Origin: Spirochaetota bacterium
GTDB taxonomy: Bacteria > Spirochaetota > UBA4802 > JAFGDQ01
Reading direction: 5' to 3'
Length of the DNA: 64,000 nt
Assembly (NCBI GenBank): GCA_043803405.1
Contig: JAZDKB010000035.1
Location: forward strand, 1 to 64,000
Below, in pieces: positions 18,501 through 28,393 of the stretch. The translations under genes were made by a program, and so were the position numbers. How positions within the stretch are numbered: the stretch's first letter is position 1; each line of letters begins with the position of its first letter. Under the pieces are notes generated by a model. The model was not told where the DNA came from. It saw nothing but the letters and a program-made list of their open reading frames with translations, and did no database searches.

Positions 18501-19853
18501 ATACATATTAAGAATGTCATTACAAATGAAAAGATCGAGATATATAATAATCCTAAAGTAAAGGTTCTGCTTGCGAATATGGGACGTCTTTCGGTCGAGT
18601 TAGCTGCGGCCGCGATTAGATCGATTAACGTGAATGCGGAAGCCATGCCAGTACCGGATGTGCACACTCTTCAGCTTGCGCGCAATCACGCTTCCGGCAA
18701 AGAGTGCCTGCCGTCACATCTCGTTCTGGGTGAAGCGCTGCAGTATTTCTCTTCGCCAAAGTACAGAAAGGATGAAACATATCTTTTGTTTGTTCCCACA
18801 ACAACAGGCCCGTGCAGAACAGGACAATATTTTGTATTTTATGAAAATCTGTTTAAAGATCTTCGCCTTGAAAATGTAGTAGTTTTTACAATGGACTCCG
18901 ATAATTCCTACACGGAAATAGGACCCAGCTTTACAAAGTACGTTTGGTGGGGAATGATCATCGGCGATTATATGAAAGATATTGAAACATCTCTCCGGTC
19001 ATGCGCAGTAGATGCGGTTTCCGCAATGGATAAATACGACGTACTCTGGCACAGGCTGCTTTCTACAGCGGAGAAAAATATTACCAAAATAATACCGGAA
19101 CTCGAAGATATAGCCAGAGAAATAACCGCTATCCCGCTGAAAAAGACAATGGAAGATTGCCCTAAGGTCCTTATTGTAGGCGAGATTTATGTCCGCCGCG
19201 ATGATTTTGCGGTTGATGAACTTATTCAGCACTTCAGCAGACGCGGCATTATCGGTAAGGTTTCGGGCGTGTCCGAATGGGTTTACTATTGCGATTTTGT
19301 CAGGGAATATGATCTGAAAAAGAGACTTAAACTAATTCCGTGGCATAAAAAAATGTTCTCAAAGGAATTCAAGGAACTGGTCGGATATTATATTGAACAA
19401 TCATATAAGCACAATGTGGATAAAAAAGTAAAAAATGCTCTCAGCATTACAAAACTGATACCCGATACGCCGCATCACATGCATCACATAATGGAAAATA
19501 CGGAAAAATATTTCGTAAGCCATGAGTTATATTCCGAGATTAATATTTCAAGCGGGGTTGCAGCAACAGCAATGCAGGACGGATATTCCGGCATTGTAAA
19601 CATTTCTCCGTTCGCGTGCCTCATAGGCAGGGTAATTGAGGGTCTGTTTACTCCGTGGGCCAGAGAAAGAAATTACCCGGTAATGTCCATTGAAATCGAT
19701 GGTAATCTTTTCCCGCCGGGTGTTGTTAACAAGCTGGAAATATTCATGCTTAATGTGCTAAGATTCGGCAAGGATCTTGAAGTCGGTATGATGATTGAAA
19801 ATGACGCTAAAAAAACAACCGGGATCGACAGAAAAATAATAAGAGAATTATAG
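15537..19853 (+). CDS. 2-hydroxyacyl-CoA dehydratase activator-related fusion (two BadF/BcrAD ATPase domains + DUF2229/dehydratase-like)
   Basis: GINIGSS/KCASGTG/CSVF; GVDGGSTTTK/EIGGQD/CSAGTG/CSAF; CKACDNLC, CFPAE, GRPYN, NFSCAPD, GPCR, GEIY, PFAC; ATG 15537 after GGAG. Confidence 0.9.
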   Translation: MHSLGINIGSSNVKVTMLEGFSILWSEVVPHDGNFTSALSSILSSKELPADLKTLSTGTEGRHLLNANSVIEPLCVEEALKHIRYNVNAVVSLGGEDLIVYTIDENKKIVTNFSGNKCASGTGEFFKQQLARMDMKLDDINNIGDQCKVLRLSSRCSVFMKSDCTHRLNKGEATKGDIVLSLSDVMATKVIDFLKRAKITSGQVLLTGGVTLNQYIVPFIRERLPEIEFVVPEQAPYFESFGAALLAKNQGSILPALKNLFKPAQIHFKRFSSLKTAEGKVTYINAKKTSVKEGREYILGVDGGSTTTKASLIDIETNEVAASFYGRTHGDPVMALKNCLIEIKKQIKNDIGDGKIKITLVSTTGSSREILGVFLETPAVYNEIIAHAVGTTYYKKDIDTIFEIGGQDAKYIYLQNIVPIDYAMNQACSAGTGSFLEESAQGDLNILHAHEIGDIAIQAKEPLKFGEHCSAFINSDIRNAIHQGASREDITAGIVTSIVSNYLNRVVGNRTIGNNIVLQGGVAKNKAVPLAFAMLLNKNILVPPDPELMGCFGVGILVKQKFNDGLVQKGEYDIDRILNTNVVYESEFTCKACDNLCPIRILNVNNNKYMFGGRCNKYANIRKKKVFNEAEIFDYVEERNDLMFKKCAPDPAKLNKKKDFVIGIPNCFSVYTMWPFYSWFFHSLGVETILSKNISHEGTARVESAYCFPAEIAHGAVQDIFDHDVDYIFLPHYRDMESYEEDSHACFCPITQSLPYYIKKAFPEIPDNKFLAPVVTFKYGIEKAIESFIALGEQLGFSSREARMAFEIALEKQNDYFKKAGELGETALAEARKAERPVIALLGRPYNAFTIDANMGIPRKFSSRGYSVIPFDILPFADIEIYPNMYWYYGQQDMKSSKLLKDENNIYVTYISNFSCAPDSFMLHYLKWIMGTKPFLILELDSHSADAGIDTRVEAFLDIIEGYRSKYIEKSSERYDNGLRFINNGSDKIHIKNVITNEKIEIYNNPKVKVLLANMGRLSVELAAAAIRSINVNAEAMPVPDVHTLQLARNHASGKECLPSHLVLGEALQYFSSPKYRKDETYLLFVPTTTGPCRTGQYFVFYENLFKDLRLENVVVFTMDSDNSYTEIGPSFTKYVWWGMIIGDYMKDIETSLRSCAVDAVSAMDKYDVLWHRLLSTAEKNITKIIPELEDIAREITAIPLKKTMEDCPKVLIVGEIYVRRDDFAVDELIQHFSRRGIIGKVSGVSEWVYYCDFVREYDLKKRLKLIPWHKKMFSKEFKELVGYYIEQSYKHNVDKKVKNALSITKLIPDTPHHMHHIMENTEKYFVSHELYSEINISSGVAATAMQDGYSGIVNISPFACLIGRVIEGLFTPWARERNYPVMSIEIDGNLFPPGVVNKLEIFMLNVLRFGKDLEVGMMIENDAKKTTGIDRKIIREL

Positions 19854-19882
19854 AATTTTATAAAATGAGTATGACGCATAGC

Positions 19883-19925
19883 CCGGATGCTTTGAGTTTA
19901 CGGAGCATCCGGCGAACTCTTTTTT
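19883..19925. terminator. Hairpin between convergent genes, possible terminator
   Basis: CCGGATGCT...AGCATCCGG stem with a T run shortly after on the + strand; overlaps the DedA stop. Confidence 0.5.
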
Positions 19926-20542
19926 CTTTTACGCTTATATTCCCAGACGATAAAAATAATAACGGACAATATTATAATAATCCACGCAGTAATATTATAA
20001 TTCATCATTATTTTTGTAAATTTATCTTTTACAATATCCCAGTTGGCTCCCAGCAGATAACCCGTATGTATCCATATTAAATTCCATACAGAAGCGCTTA
20101 TAAGCGATAAAATCAATACCCGAATAACATGAAGCTTTGAAATTCCGGAAGCAACCGAAATCACGGACCTGATTGTTGGCAAAAACCTGTTTGCGAGTAT
20201 GATCCAGTATCCGTATTTATGAATCCATATTTCGGTTTTTTCTATTTTTTTTATTGAAAAAACCTTATAATTTTTTTTCTGAAGAAATTTTTTACCAATA
20301 TGCCTTACAAAAAGGAACAGGCTCATAAATCCTATAACGCTGCCTGTAGTAGTTGAAAAAAATACCCAGAAATAATTTAAGCGGCCAATACCTACAAGAA
20401 AAGCCCCGAAAGCTGTTATTGTATCACCCGGTATAGGAGGGAATAAATTTTCTACAATAGCGCTGATAAATAAAAATATATACAGAAAAGCATCACTCAT
20501 CTGCAATAATATATCAATTAATCTTTCGAAAAAATTTGCCAT
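19898..20542 (-). CDS. DedA-family membrane protein
   Basis: ENLFPPIPGD, RFLPTIRS, GYLLG. Confidence 0.92.
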   Translation of the reverse strand: MANFFERLIDILLQMSDAFLYIFLFISAIVENLFPPIPGDTITAFGAFLVGIGRLNYFWVFFSTTTGSVIGFMSLFLFVRHIGKKFLQKKNYKVFSIKKIEKTEIWIHKYGYWIILANRFLPTIRSVISVASGISKLHVIRVLILSLISASVWNLIWIHTGYLLGANWDIVKDKFTKIMMNYNITAWIIIILSVIIFIVWEYKRKRKKSSPDAP

Positions 20543-20637
20543 TAAAAGAATTGCCTTTAATTAAAAAATTGTTGAATTTATTTTTTTTAATGATCTTATA
20601 ATCACTGGAAAAACAAGAGAATACGGAGCATCAAATC

Positions 20638-21234
20638 ATGAAACCTGTAATAAACACAAGCTTTTTTAAAATATTTATTATAATAAACATCTTTATATTT
20701 TCCATGATTTTTATATCCTGTAAAACCATATTGAAAACAGAAGACCAGAATGATCTGTTTTTAAAACAGGATAAAAATGCGGAGGAAGTATTTCGCGTTT
20801 TAATTATTTCGAATAAATATGCAAGTTCGCAAATGAAATTCAATGATAAAATTCAAAAGACAGAAGATGAAGAGGGCGATCAAAATATTTACACAAAACT
20901 TAAAGATTATGATAAGATCAATGAAACATGCGAGGGGATTCTTACAGTATGGCTTTATGATTCAGGTAAAATTATGAAAATAAGACCTAAAACTCTTACT
21001 GCTATAACTGAAATTAATAGCCTGATAGTTGAAGACCTTAAACGCTGGGACTTTAAATATATAAATAATGTAGACAGTGCGGATGAGAAAGAAATTCCTG
21101 CTGCTAAGGTAAATACATTTGATATCAAATACAGAGTCGTACTGCGAAAAATACAATCCGACGAAGAAATAATGAAAGAAGTGATGGAAAAAGCAAAGAA
21201 AGAAGAAGAGAAAAAAGCCAGGGCAGCAGATTAG
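20638..21234 (+). CDS. Putative lipoprotein, resembling a conserved Leptospira family (LA_2219-like, from memory)
   Basis: Hydrophobic signal ending in FISC lipobox; FRVLI...VWLY..GKIMKIRP...EDLKRWDF pattern. Confidence 0.55.
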   Translation: MKPVINTSFFKIFIIINIFIFSMIFISCKTILKTEDQNDLFLKQDKNAEEVFRVLIISNKYASSQMKFNDKIQKTEDEEGDQNIYTKLKDYDKINETCEGILTVWLYDSGKIMKIRPKTLTAITEINSLIVEDLKRWDFKYINNVDSADEKEIPAAKVNTFDIKYRVVLRKIQSDEEIMKEVMEKAKKEEEKKARAAD

Positions 21235-21239
21235 TATAG

Positions 21240-23543
21240 CTATAACGAAGTAGTATTTATTATAAACCTGACTGAATTCTCGTCGATTAAAAGTTTCTGA
21301 GAAATGTCATTTGAACTCCAACCCTTATTGGAAAGCTCCCGTACGGCCTTTATCATTCCTTCATTAATATTTTTCCCCAGGTTATAGTTTCCTTTAATTT
21401 GTTTAGTAATTATATTGTTTTCTTCTACTGTATGAAGAATATCTGCAAATTGTTTGATCTTTTTATCGGTCTCATCGAACATCTTTTTCAGCCTGTCGTC
21501 CGTTTCGTCGATTTCCTCTCTCATGGTTTCGGTCTTCTGGAACATGGCATGTATCTGATCAATGCGTTTTTCTATATGACGCGTTAGTCCGTCAAGCTCG
21601 TTGAATTTATCTTTAACGTCTCTTATTTCCTGTTCACGCGATTTTAATATTAATGTATTCTCTTCAATGGATTGCAGATATTCTATTAATTTCTGCACTC
21701 GTTTTTCCGATCTTTCCGTATTGTTTTTAAACGATTGTATCCTTGTTTCTATCGATTTAATGACTACATCGGTTTTCTGAACCGACTCCAGGTTTTTGGT
21801 AATTGTATCCTCATATTCATGCAGCTCGTTAATCCTGGATTCAAGATTCGAATATGTTTCGGTAAGAGTATCGATCTTGGTATTTATTTTTTCAATATTT
21901 GAAAAATTTTCTTCCAGGGATTCGGCTTTGTTTACTGCTATATCGTTAAGCTCCATAAGGGCTTTTATTTCACTTTCATATCCTTCCAGCTTGCTTCTTT
22001 TTGCTTCGTATTTTTTTATCTCTTTATCAACAACTCTGCTGATAACCCTGAATTTGTCCGCATCTTCCATAAACTGCTCAAGCTTCTTTGCTTCCTCTTT
22101 TGATTCATTTAGAATCCTGTTAAAATTATTGATCGCATCTTCCACTTTAGACATCATCAGGTCGCCTCTTGAGAATACATTCTGCTTCTCTTCATAGGAG
22201 ATAATTTCATCTTTAATATTAGTAAGCCTTTCTTCCATGAAAATAAAATCTTTCCTGGACTTTTCCGTTTGATCGGAAATGTAATCTTTTAATTGGCTTT
22301 CAAAAGAGGATAATTTATTTGTCAGTTCGTTGAAATTAATCTCCATTGACTGGTATTCCGAATGTATATTGTTTATTTTTTCATCACCTGTTTTAATTAT
22401 TTTGCCTTCAAGTTCGGAATATTTGTCTTCAAATTCTTCAATCTTGCTGTTAATTACGTCCGTTTCCGCATTGATTGTTTCAACTAATTTCTTTTCAAGT
22501 TCAAGGTACTTGTCGTCAAAATTGTCTATCTTATATCTTATTTGTTCGGCTTCCTTCCTTACAGATTTAATTATTTCATCTTTTTTAGCGATAGTATGAA
22601 TGTCGAGATTATTCAATTCCTGCCGGGCTTTCTTCACTTCCTCGTCAAAGGTCGAAATCAGTCTTGTAGTTGATTCGTTTACGTTTTCTTCAACATTTTG
22701 AAGCTTGTTGCTGAGATGTTCTATTGTGTTGTCTATATTTTTAATGTCATTTAATGTATTTTCAAACTTGTTTATTTTGAGGCTGAATTCAGAAATAACT
22801 TTTTTTTCTGTAGAGTCTATTCTCTTATCAAAGGAATTAATTGTTTTTAATGTATCATCGAGTTTCAGATTAATATTATCAATTATTGTACTGCCGGAAT
22901 TCGTAATTCTTTCTTCCATGTTTGACAATGCATTCATGTATTGATTATTCAGCAGCTCAATTTTTTCGCTGGATGATTCAATCATACTGTCTTCTTTGTC
23001 TTTGATCATTTCTTTAAGTCCATTTATATTCAGGACAATTTCTTCCGACAGGTTTCGCGATTTTTCGCGGATTTTATCGTTATAAGCCTGAACTATGGAC
23101 GACATTTCCCTTTCAGCGCGCGAAATATCTTCATTAATCGTATTTATTCGGGAGCCCATACCGTCAAAGGACGCCTTTGCTCCTGCTATAAATTCAATCT
23201 GTTTATTTACGTCTTTAGCTGCATCGGAAATTACCTGCAGATCATGCTCCGCTTTTGTTAATATTTTCTTTTCCGAATCAAGGTTTCCTAATTTGTTTTC
23301 AATTACGGCAATTGTTTCTTTTAGCTGCTGGACATTTGTATTGGACTTCTTTAAAAGAATATCCATCTCAATAGTAGCGTCGTTATACTTTCTTAATTCA
23401 TTTTCCGTCAGCTTTTTAAAGTCATTGAATATTTTTGATGAATACCGTTTTAGCTTAATCATTTTTAAGCTGGAACGGTCAATTCTTCTGAAAAATACTA
23501 GCATTAAAAAGCATGCAAAGAGAGTAATTATATTTAATATCAC
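21240..23543 (-). CDS. SpiroCoCo-like spirochaete coiled-coil protein
   Basis: N-terminal TM then RRIDRSSLKMIKLKRY; long heptad-rich body; C-terminal HTH-like ELSNKGWSSNDISQKL. Confidence 0.72.
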   Translation of the reverse strand: MILNIITLFACFLMLVFFRRIDRSSLKMIKLKRYSSKIFNDFKKLTENELRKYNDATIEMDILLKKSNTNVQQLKETIAVIENKLGNLDSEKKILTKAEHDLQVISDAAKDVNKQIEFIAGAKASFDGMGSRINTINEDISRAEREMSSIVQAYNDKIREKSRNLSEEIVLNINGLKEMIKDKEDSMIESSSEKIELLNNQYMNALSNMEERITNSGSTIIDNINLKLDDTLKTINSFDKRIDSTEKKVISEFSLKINKFENTLNDIKNIDNTIEHLSNKLQNVEENVNESTTRLISTFDEEVKKARQELNNLDIHTIAKKDEIIKSVRKEAEQIRYKIDNFDDKYLELEKKLVETINAETDVINSKIEEFEDKYSELEGKIIKTGDEKINNIHSEYQSMEINFNELTNKLSSFESQLKDYISDQTEKSRKDFIFMEERLTNIKDEIISYEEKQNVFSRGDLMMSKVEDAINNFNRILNESKEEAKKLEQFMEDADKFRVISRVVDKEIKKYEAKRSKLEGYESEIKALMELNDIAVNKAESLEENFSNIEKINTKIDTLTETYSNLESRINELHEYEDTITKNLESVQKTDVVIKSIETRIQSFKNNTERSEKRVQKLIEYLQSIEENTLILKSREQEIRDVKDKFNELDGLTRHIEKRIDQIHAMFQKTETMREEIDETDDRLKKMFDETDKKIKQFADILHTVEENNIITKQIKGNYNLGKNINEGMIKAVRELSNKGWSSNDISQKLLIDENSVRFIINTTSL

Positions 23544-23743
23544 TGCGTACCTCCGTTTAACGGTACATTAATATAATATCGGTTTGGCATTCAGGGTATA
23601 AGGCCTCGACGCTAAATATATAAAAAAAAAATTATTTATCTAGTAAAAATAATTATATACATAAAATTGTCAATAACTATTTTATGTCTCATTGGAAAAT
23701 GCGTTTTATTTCTTTAATTCTTGGTTTTTTCCGGGAGAATTCT

Positions 23744-25459
23744 TTAAACAGACGTACTGTAATATTTTATGTCGGATTGTAAATTTTGTTCAAGCCAGCC
23801 GTTTGGCATAACTGATTTAATATTATAATTGTCCAGTTTGACTATATTATCCTGCGTTTTCGAATTATTTTTTGCACTGTTCTTACTTTTCCAGATTATT
23901 CTTTTCATGCTCATTTCGAGCTTTTGTACTGCTTTCCTGTTTACTTTTTCAAAATTGGTTTCATTCATCATCCATGTCCCGACAGCTACTTCCTTTTTGT
24001 ATCTGAGTTTTTCTTTAATTGAATTTATATCCGGTGATATAGTCCTGGTTTTTAATCCCTCCCGCTTGTAGACATTCATTAAAGTCTGAAGCCGCGCGAT
24101 ATCTCTAAGGATCAGATTTATTAAATACTGTTTATTTTCATATTCCCTTTCAATTTTTGAAACATTAAAGTCCTTAAGGAGAGGAAATATAGAATGCATT
24201 TTAACTGCGTATTCAAACGAATTTGATGCTGAACCGGTCTTGATCTCTTTTTCAAGCTGATCATATTTTTCGCTGTAACCGGATAATGCTCTCTGATTGT
24301 ATGTAAATGATTCATATTCCTTAAAATAACTGCTGATTGAATCTGAGAATAATTTTATTTCCAAATCTGCGAGTTTACCGTTTAGATCATTTTGGGGATC
24401 ATTGAATTTATTGTTATTCTCTTCCTGTTCTTTTAATAAGAAGGCCTGTACTTTGTTAATATCTGACCTGGCTTTTTTTATTGATTCCGTAAAATCATTT
24501 TTTAAAAGAGTAATTTCATTCACATCCTGCTGTTGAAGTAGTTTTGTAATATTATTTTCCGGAGAAAGAGAAAAACCGATTATATTAAACAGATTTGATA
24601 CTTTTACCATGGTAGAATAAAACTTTTTCTGTAAAGAAGGAGAATCAAGTATACTCAGACTTGAACAGTTTTCAGCGGCTGTTTTAAGGTTATTAATATA
24701 ATTCCTGTATTTTATGAACCGCGCTTTTAAAATTTCTAATATTTCTTCGTTACTGACAATGTCTTTATTTCTTCCTGTCAGATTATTTTTTATTATCCAG
24801 TAACGTAAATCCTGAGTAACTGCTGCTGAGTTGCGCAGTTGTTCAATCAGATCAAAATTTGAATAATATTCACTTATCGCAGCATTTATTATATTTTTTA
24901 AATCAAGAGGCGAAATATAAAAATTATTTTTCGATACTTTCCTGACTGTGTTTTCCTGTATTGAGGATAATGACTGAGCATACAATTGTTCACTGTTCGC
25001 AATTATAGTATTTAAAAATATTTCCAAATTCAGGTATTTTGAATCACTTTTTAAATAAGCATCCTTGCCGATAATTTTTTTAATAAAATCATGATTATCT
25101 TTGTTACCTGTGTAATTTACGATCCATTCAAGATATTTTAATGAAAAAACCGGAAAAAACATTTTTTGTGTTTTTTCCTGTATTTCAGCGCTGGAATATT
25201 TTTTTTTATCATAATTATTTGAAGGATAATCGCTGCCGCTTATTTCAAGAGTGCTTAACAACATCTTCACTCTTTCGATATTGTTATTCAATATATTAAC
25301 GACGGATTCATTGATATGTTTATTTTTAATCAGTTTTTCTTTTTCAGTATTAAGGTCATTCAGCCTGTGCTTCCACCATGCATATCTCTGGTTAACGGAG
25401 CCATAAGAAGCACTGCTTATTAAAATACAGAATGCCGCAAATAAACATATTTTCTTCAT
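23744..25459 (-). CDS. Hypothetical exported protein
   Basis: 571-aa ORF with signal peptide MKKICLFAAFCILISSASYG; GGAG upstream; no family recognised. Confidence 0.7.
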   Translation of the reverse strand: MKKICLFAAFCILISSASYGSVNQRYAWWKHRLNDLNTEKEKLIKNKHINESVVNILNNNIERVKMLLSTLEISGSDYPSNNYDKKKYSSAEIQEKTQKMFFPVFSLKYLEWIVNYTGNKDNHDFIKKIIGKDAYLKSDSKYLNLEIFLNTIIANSEQLYAQSLSSIQENTVRKVSKNNFYISPLDLKNIINAAISEYYSNFDLIEQLRNSAAVTQDLRYWIIKNNLTGRNKDIVSNEEILEILKARFIKYRNYINNLKTAAENCSSLSILDSPSLQKKFYSTMVKVSNLFNIIGFSLSPENNITKLLQQQDVNEITLLKNDFTESIKKARSDINKVQAFLLKEQEENNNKFNDPQNDLNGKLADLEIKLFSDSISSYFKEYESFTYNQRALSGYSEKYDQLEKEIKTGSASNSFEYAVKMHSIFPLLKDFNVSKIEREYENKQYLINLILRDIARLQTLMNVYKREGLKTRTISPDINSIKEKLRYKKEVAVGTWMMNETNFEKVNRKAVQKLEMSMKRIIWKSKNSAKNNSKTQDNIVKLDNYNIKSVMPNGWLEQNLQSDIKYYSTSV

Positions 25460-25789
25460 GGTTTATTTTTTCTCCGGTATTATTATATCCGTAAATATCT
25501 AACATTTCAAATAAAATAATCGGTGTTGTTGCTGATTAAGAGTTGTTAATGAATGAGATTGTCTTATTAATGTTATCGTATTTATTTTTCTTTATATTAA
25601 GAGGAAAAGTATAAACTGCTAAGGTGATTTATTTGGCCGTTTAATAAAAAAAACTTGTCAAAGTATTGTTTGCATTTCTTTGATATATCATATCTTAGAA
25701 CTTATCTTAAAAATAATCATTGCATTAAAAAAATGATAGAAACAATAAATTTTAAGATGAATTAAAATAATATAAAGATTATTTTCAGG

Positions 25790-26836
25790 ATGGAACAGAA
25801 CATGAAGAAATCAGTATTTGTTGCGGGAGCATCCGGCTTTATTGGAATAAGGGTCTGCAATGAGCTCATTCGCAAAGGTTACGAAGTGCATGCGCATGGC
25901 CTTGTAAAACCCGGAGCGCCGGAACCGCTTATAAAGAAGTCGGTGAAGTATTTCATTAATGGTGATCTTTTGAATCCTAAAGACTGCGCGAATGTCCAGA
26001 AACATCTGGTAAAGCATTCTATTGACCGTATAATCTACGCGGCTGGTTCCGTGAACTACAAAATGGATTATCAGACTTCAAAGCTATATAACGTTGATAC
26101 TGTAAAGAATTTTCTTGATATAGCGGAAAAGATACATGCTAAAAAGAAACTTAAAAAAATAGTGTTTCTCGGAAGCGTTGCTTCGCGCGGATTTCTGCTC
26201 CCGGGCAAACGTTCGCCAAAGCTTATCGACGAAACCTCGGATTATTATGCTAAAGGATTATCGGTTTACTGCGATGTTAAACGCGAAATGGAAGATCTTA
26301 TTCGGGAATCCTTTAAACGAACCGGAATTCCTGCAGTAATTGCGGAGCCGGGTTCTCTTGTTGGTGGGGAGATTGACGGCATGACGACAACCAACATCGG
26401 CCTGATCCGCAAGATATCGCGTGGCATACCGGTACTCGGAGGAGGCGCGAGCTATACGTCTGCCGGCAAAGTGGCAGAAGGAATAGTACTTGTCCTCGAG
26501 AAAGGTGGGGCAGGCGAGAGCTATCTTCTTGGTGGCGAGAACATGCCTATGATTAACTTCGCTTTTATTGTAAGAGCAATAATAAAAAAGAATGCCGGTT
26601 ATGTAAAAGCGCCTTTTATACCTGTGATCGTTCTTCCGGACTTAGTTGCGAAAGCACTCGGAAATTTTAACATAATACTTAGCAGCCAGCAGGCGCTTCT
26701 AGGCAGCGCGTTCCATTACATTGATTCCGGTAAAGCTATGCGCGAACTTGGGTACTCGCATATGCGCGCCGATCTTGAAAGCGAGATTATAAAAGTGCTG
26801 GAACAGATTGCCGAGGAAAGTCATACATCAAATTAA
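25790..26836 (+). CDS. NAD-dependent epimerase/dehydratase (extended SDR)
   Basis: GASGFIG Rossmann motif; YCDVK (YxxxK); GESYLLGGEN. Confidence 0.88.
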   Translation: MEQNMKKSVFVAGASGFIGIRVCNELIRKGYEVHAHGLVKPGAPEPLIKKSVKYFINGDLLNPKDCANVQKHLVKHSIDRIIYAAGSVNYKMDYQTSKLYNVDTVKNFLDIAEKIHAKKKLKKIVFLGSVASRGFLLPGKRSPKLIDETSDYYAKGLSVYCDVKREMEDLIRESFKRTGIPAVIAEPGSLVGGEIDGMTTTNIGLIRKISRGIPVLGGGASYTSAGKVAEGIVLVLEKGGAGESYLLGGENMPMINFAFIVRAIIKKNAGYVKAPFIPVIVLPDLVAKALGNFNIILSSQQALLGSAFHYIDSGKAMRELGYSHMRADLESEIIKVLEQIAEESHTSN

Positions 26837-26907
26837 CTGCTCATTTCAGCAAACAACATTGCGTTATACAGGTTTTGGGACGCATTCTAAGTAAATAGAA
26901 CAAAAGA

Positions 26908-28272
26908 GTGAATCAGAATAAGTTATTCGTATTTATAAAATCAATATTAAATATTAAACACGAAACTGCAAATATCTTAAAAAACAGCTGGTCCATCTCA
27001 TGGCCGATGATCATTATTATGCTGATTGAGTTTCTTATCGGCATAACAGATGTTTTTATTGCCGGGAAGATAGGTAAAGAGGTTCAGGCGTCAGTCGGTT
27101 TTGTCGCTCAATTGTACTTTGTAATAATGGTTGTCGGAAATGCACTGGCTGTAGGCACTGTTTCTGTAGTATCGAGGCTTTACGGCGCAAAGCAGACTCA
27201 TGATCTATCCAATGCTGTTTATACGGCTACCAGGTTTTCGGTAGCTTTCGGAGCAGTACTTGGAGCAGCCGGTTTGCTGTTTTCCGGGCCGCTTATTAAC
27301 CTGTTTAACATCCCTGAAGCCATAAAAGAATACGGCCTTCCGCTTATCCGGGTTTACCTTGCAGGTTTAATATTTCATTTTTTTATTCTTGCATCGAACG
27401 CTGTTCTCCGCGGCTGCAAAATGATGAAGCGCACATTATCGACAATGCTTGTTGTCTGCGCGATAAATATAGGGTTGAATTTTATTCTTGTGTTTCATAC
27501 TCCTGTCGGGTTCAGAGGAATCTTTCTTTCCACTGTGATCAGTTATGCGGCCGGATGTATAATCAATGCTGTACATTTGAAACAATTATTTACTGCAGAT
27601 CGTAAATTTGATCCGGCATTGCTGAAAAAAATGGCAGGCATCGGGTGGCCTACCGGGCTTCAGCAGGTTTTATGGCAGATTGGCGGTACAATTCTCTTTT
27701 TAATTATAAGCGAATTGCCGGAAAATACAGTCGAAATAATAGCGGCTTTTACAAACGGACTCCGCATAGAAGCCGCCATTTACGTAATAGCATTTGCGCT
27801 TAATAATGCAAATGCGGTAATAATAGGCAATCTTTTGGGGGAAGGCAGGCACGCGGATGCTGTTAAAAGCGGTATAGCAACCGGACTAATGGGAGTTGTG
27901 ATCATAACATTGCAGACTGTGCTTGTTATTTCAAATGCGGAAAATCTTTCGTGGCTGCTTTCGGAAAACGGTATAGTTGTAAATGAAAGCATGAGATACC
28001 TGTATATAGCCATGCTGAGTGAGCCGTTAATGGCATGGGCTGTTATTTTAAGCGGCGCTCTCATCGGAGCAGGCGATACAAAGACTGTAATGAAAATTGT
28101 TGTCGGAAGCCAGTGGATAGTGCGGCTTCCTCTGGCTTATATTGCGGGAATATATTTTAAAAACGGAGCAGCTGCAATCTGGTGGGCAATGAACATGTCG
28201 ATACTGGCTCATGCGGTTTTTATATCAATCCGCTATTTCGATAAGAAATGGTTAAATACGAATAAATTATAA
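26908..28272 (+). CDS. MATE-family efflux transporter
   Basis: About 12 TMs; ISWPM, TDVFIAGKIG, IGNLLG, GAGDT. Confidence 0.92.
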   Translation: MNQNKLFVFIKSILNIKHETANILKNSWSISWPMIIIMLIEFLIGITDVFIAGKIGKEVQASVGFVAQLYFVIMVVGNALAVGTVSVVSRLYGAKQTHDLSNAVYTATRFSVAFGAVLGAAGLLFSGPLINLFNIPEAIKEYGLPLIRVYLAGLIFHFFILASNAVLRGCKMMKRTLSTMLVVCAINIGLNFILVFHTPVGFRGIFLSTVISYAAGCIINAVHLKQLFTADRKFDPALLKKMAGIGWPTGLQQVLWQIGGTILFLIISELPENTVEIIAAFTNGLRIEAAIYVIAFALNNANAVIIGNLLGEGRHADAVKSGIATGLMGVVIITLQTVLVISNAENLSWLLSENGIVVNESMRYLYIAMLSEPLMAWAVILSGALIGAGDTKTVMKIVVGSQWIVRLPLAYIAGIYFKNGAAAIWWAMNMSILAHAVFISIRYFDKKWLNTNKL

Positions 28273-28393
28273 GAACATTTTAAAAAATTATTATTGAATT
28301 TTTTTAACTGCATTTTGTAATCTTTTACCGACATTATTAAATAGTTCAAACTATATGCATTTTTAATTAAGATTATAATAATAAGAGAGAATT

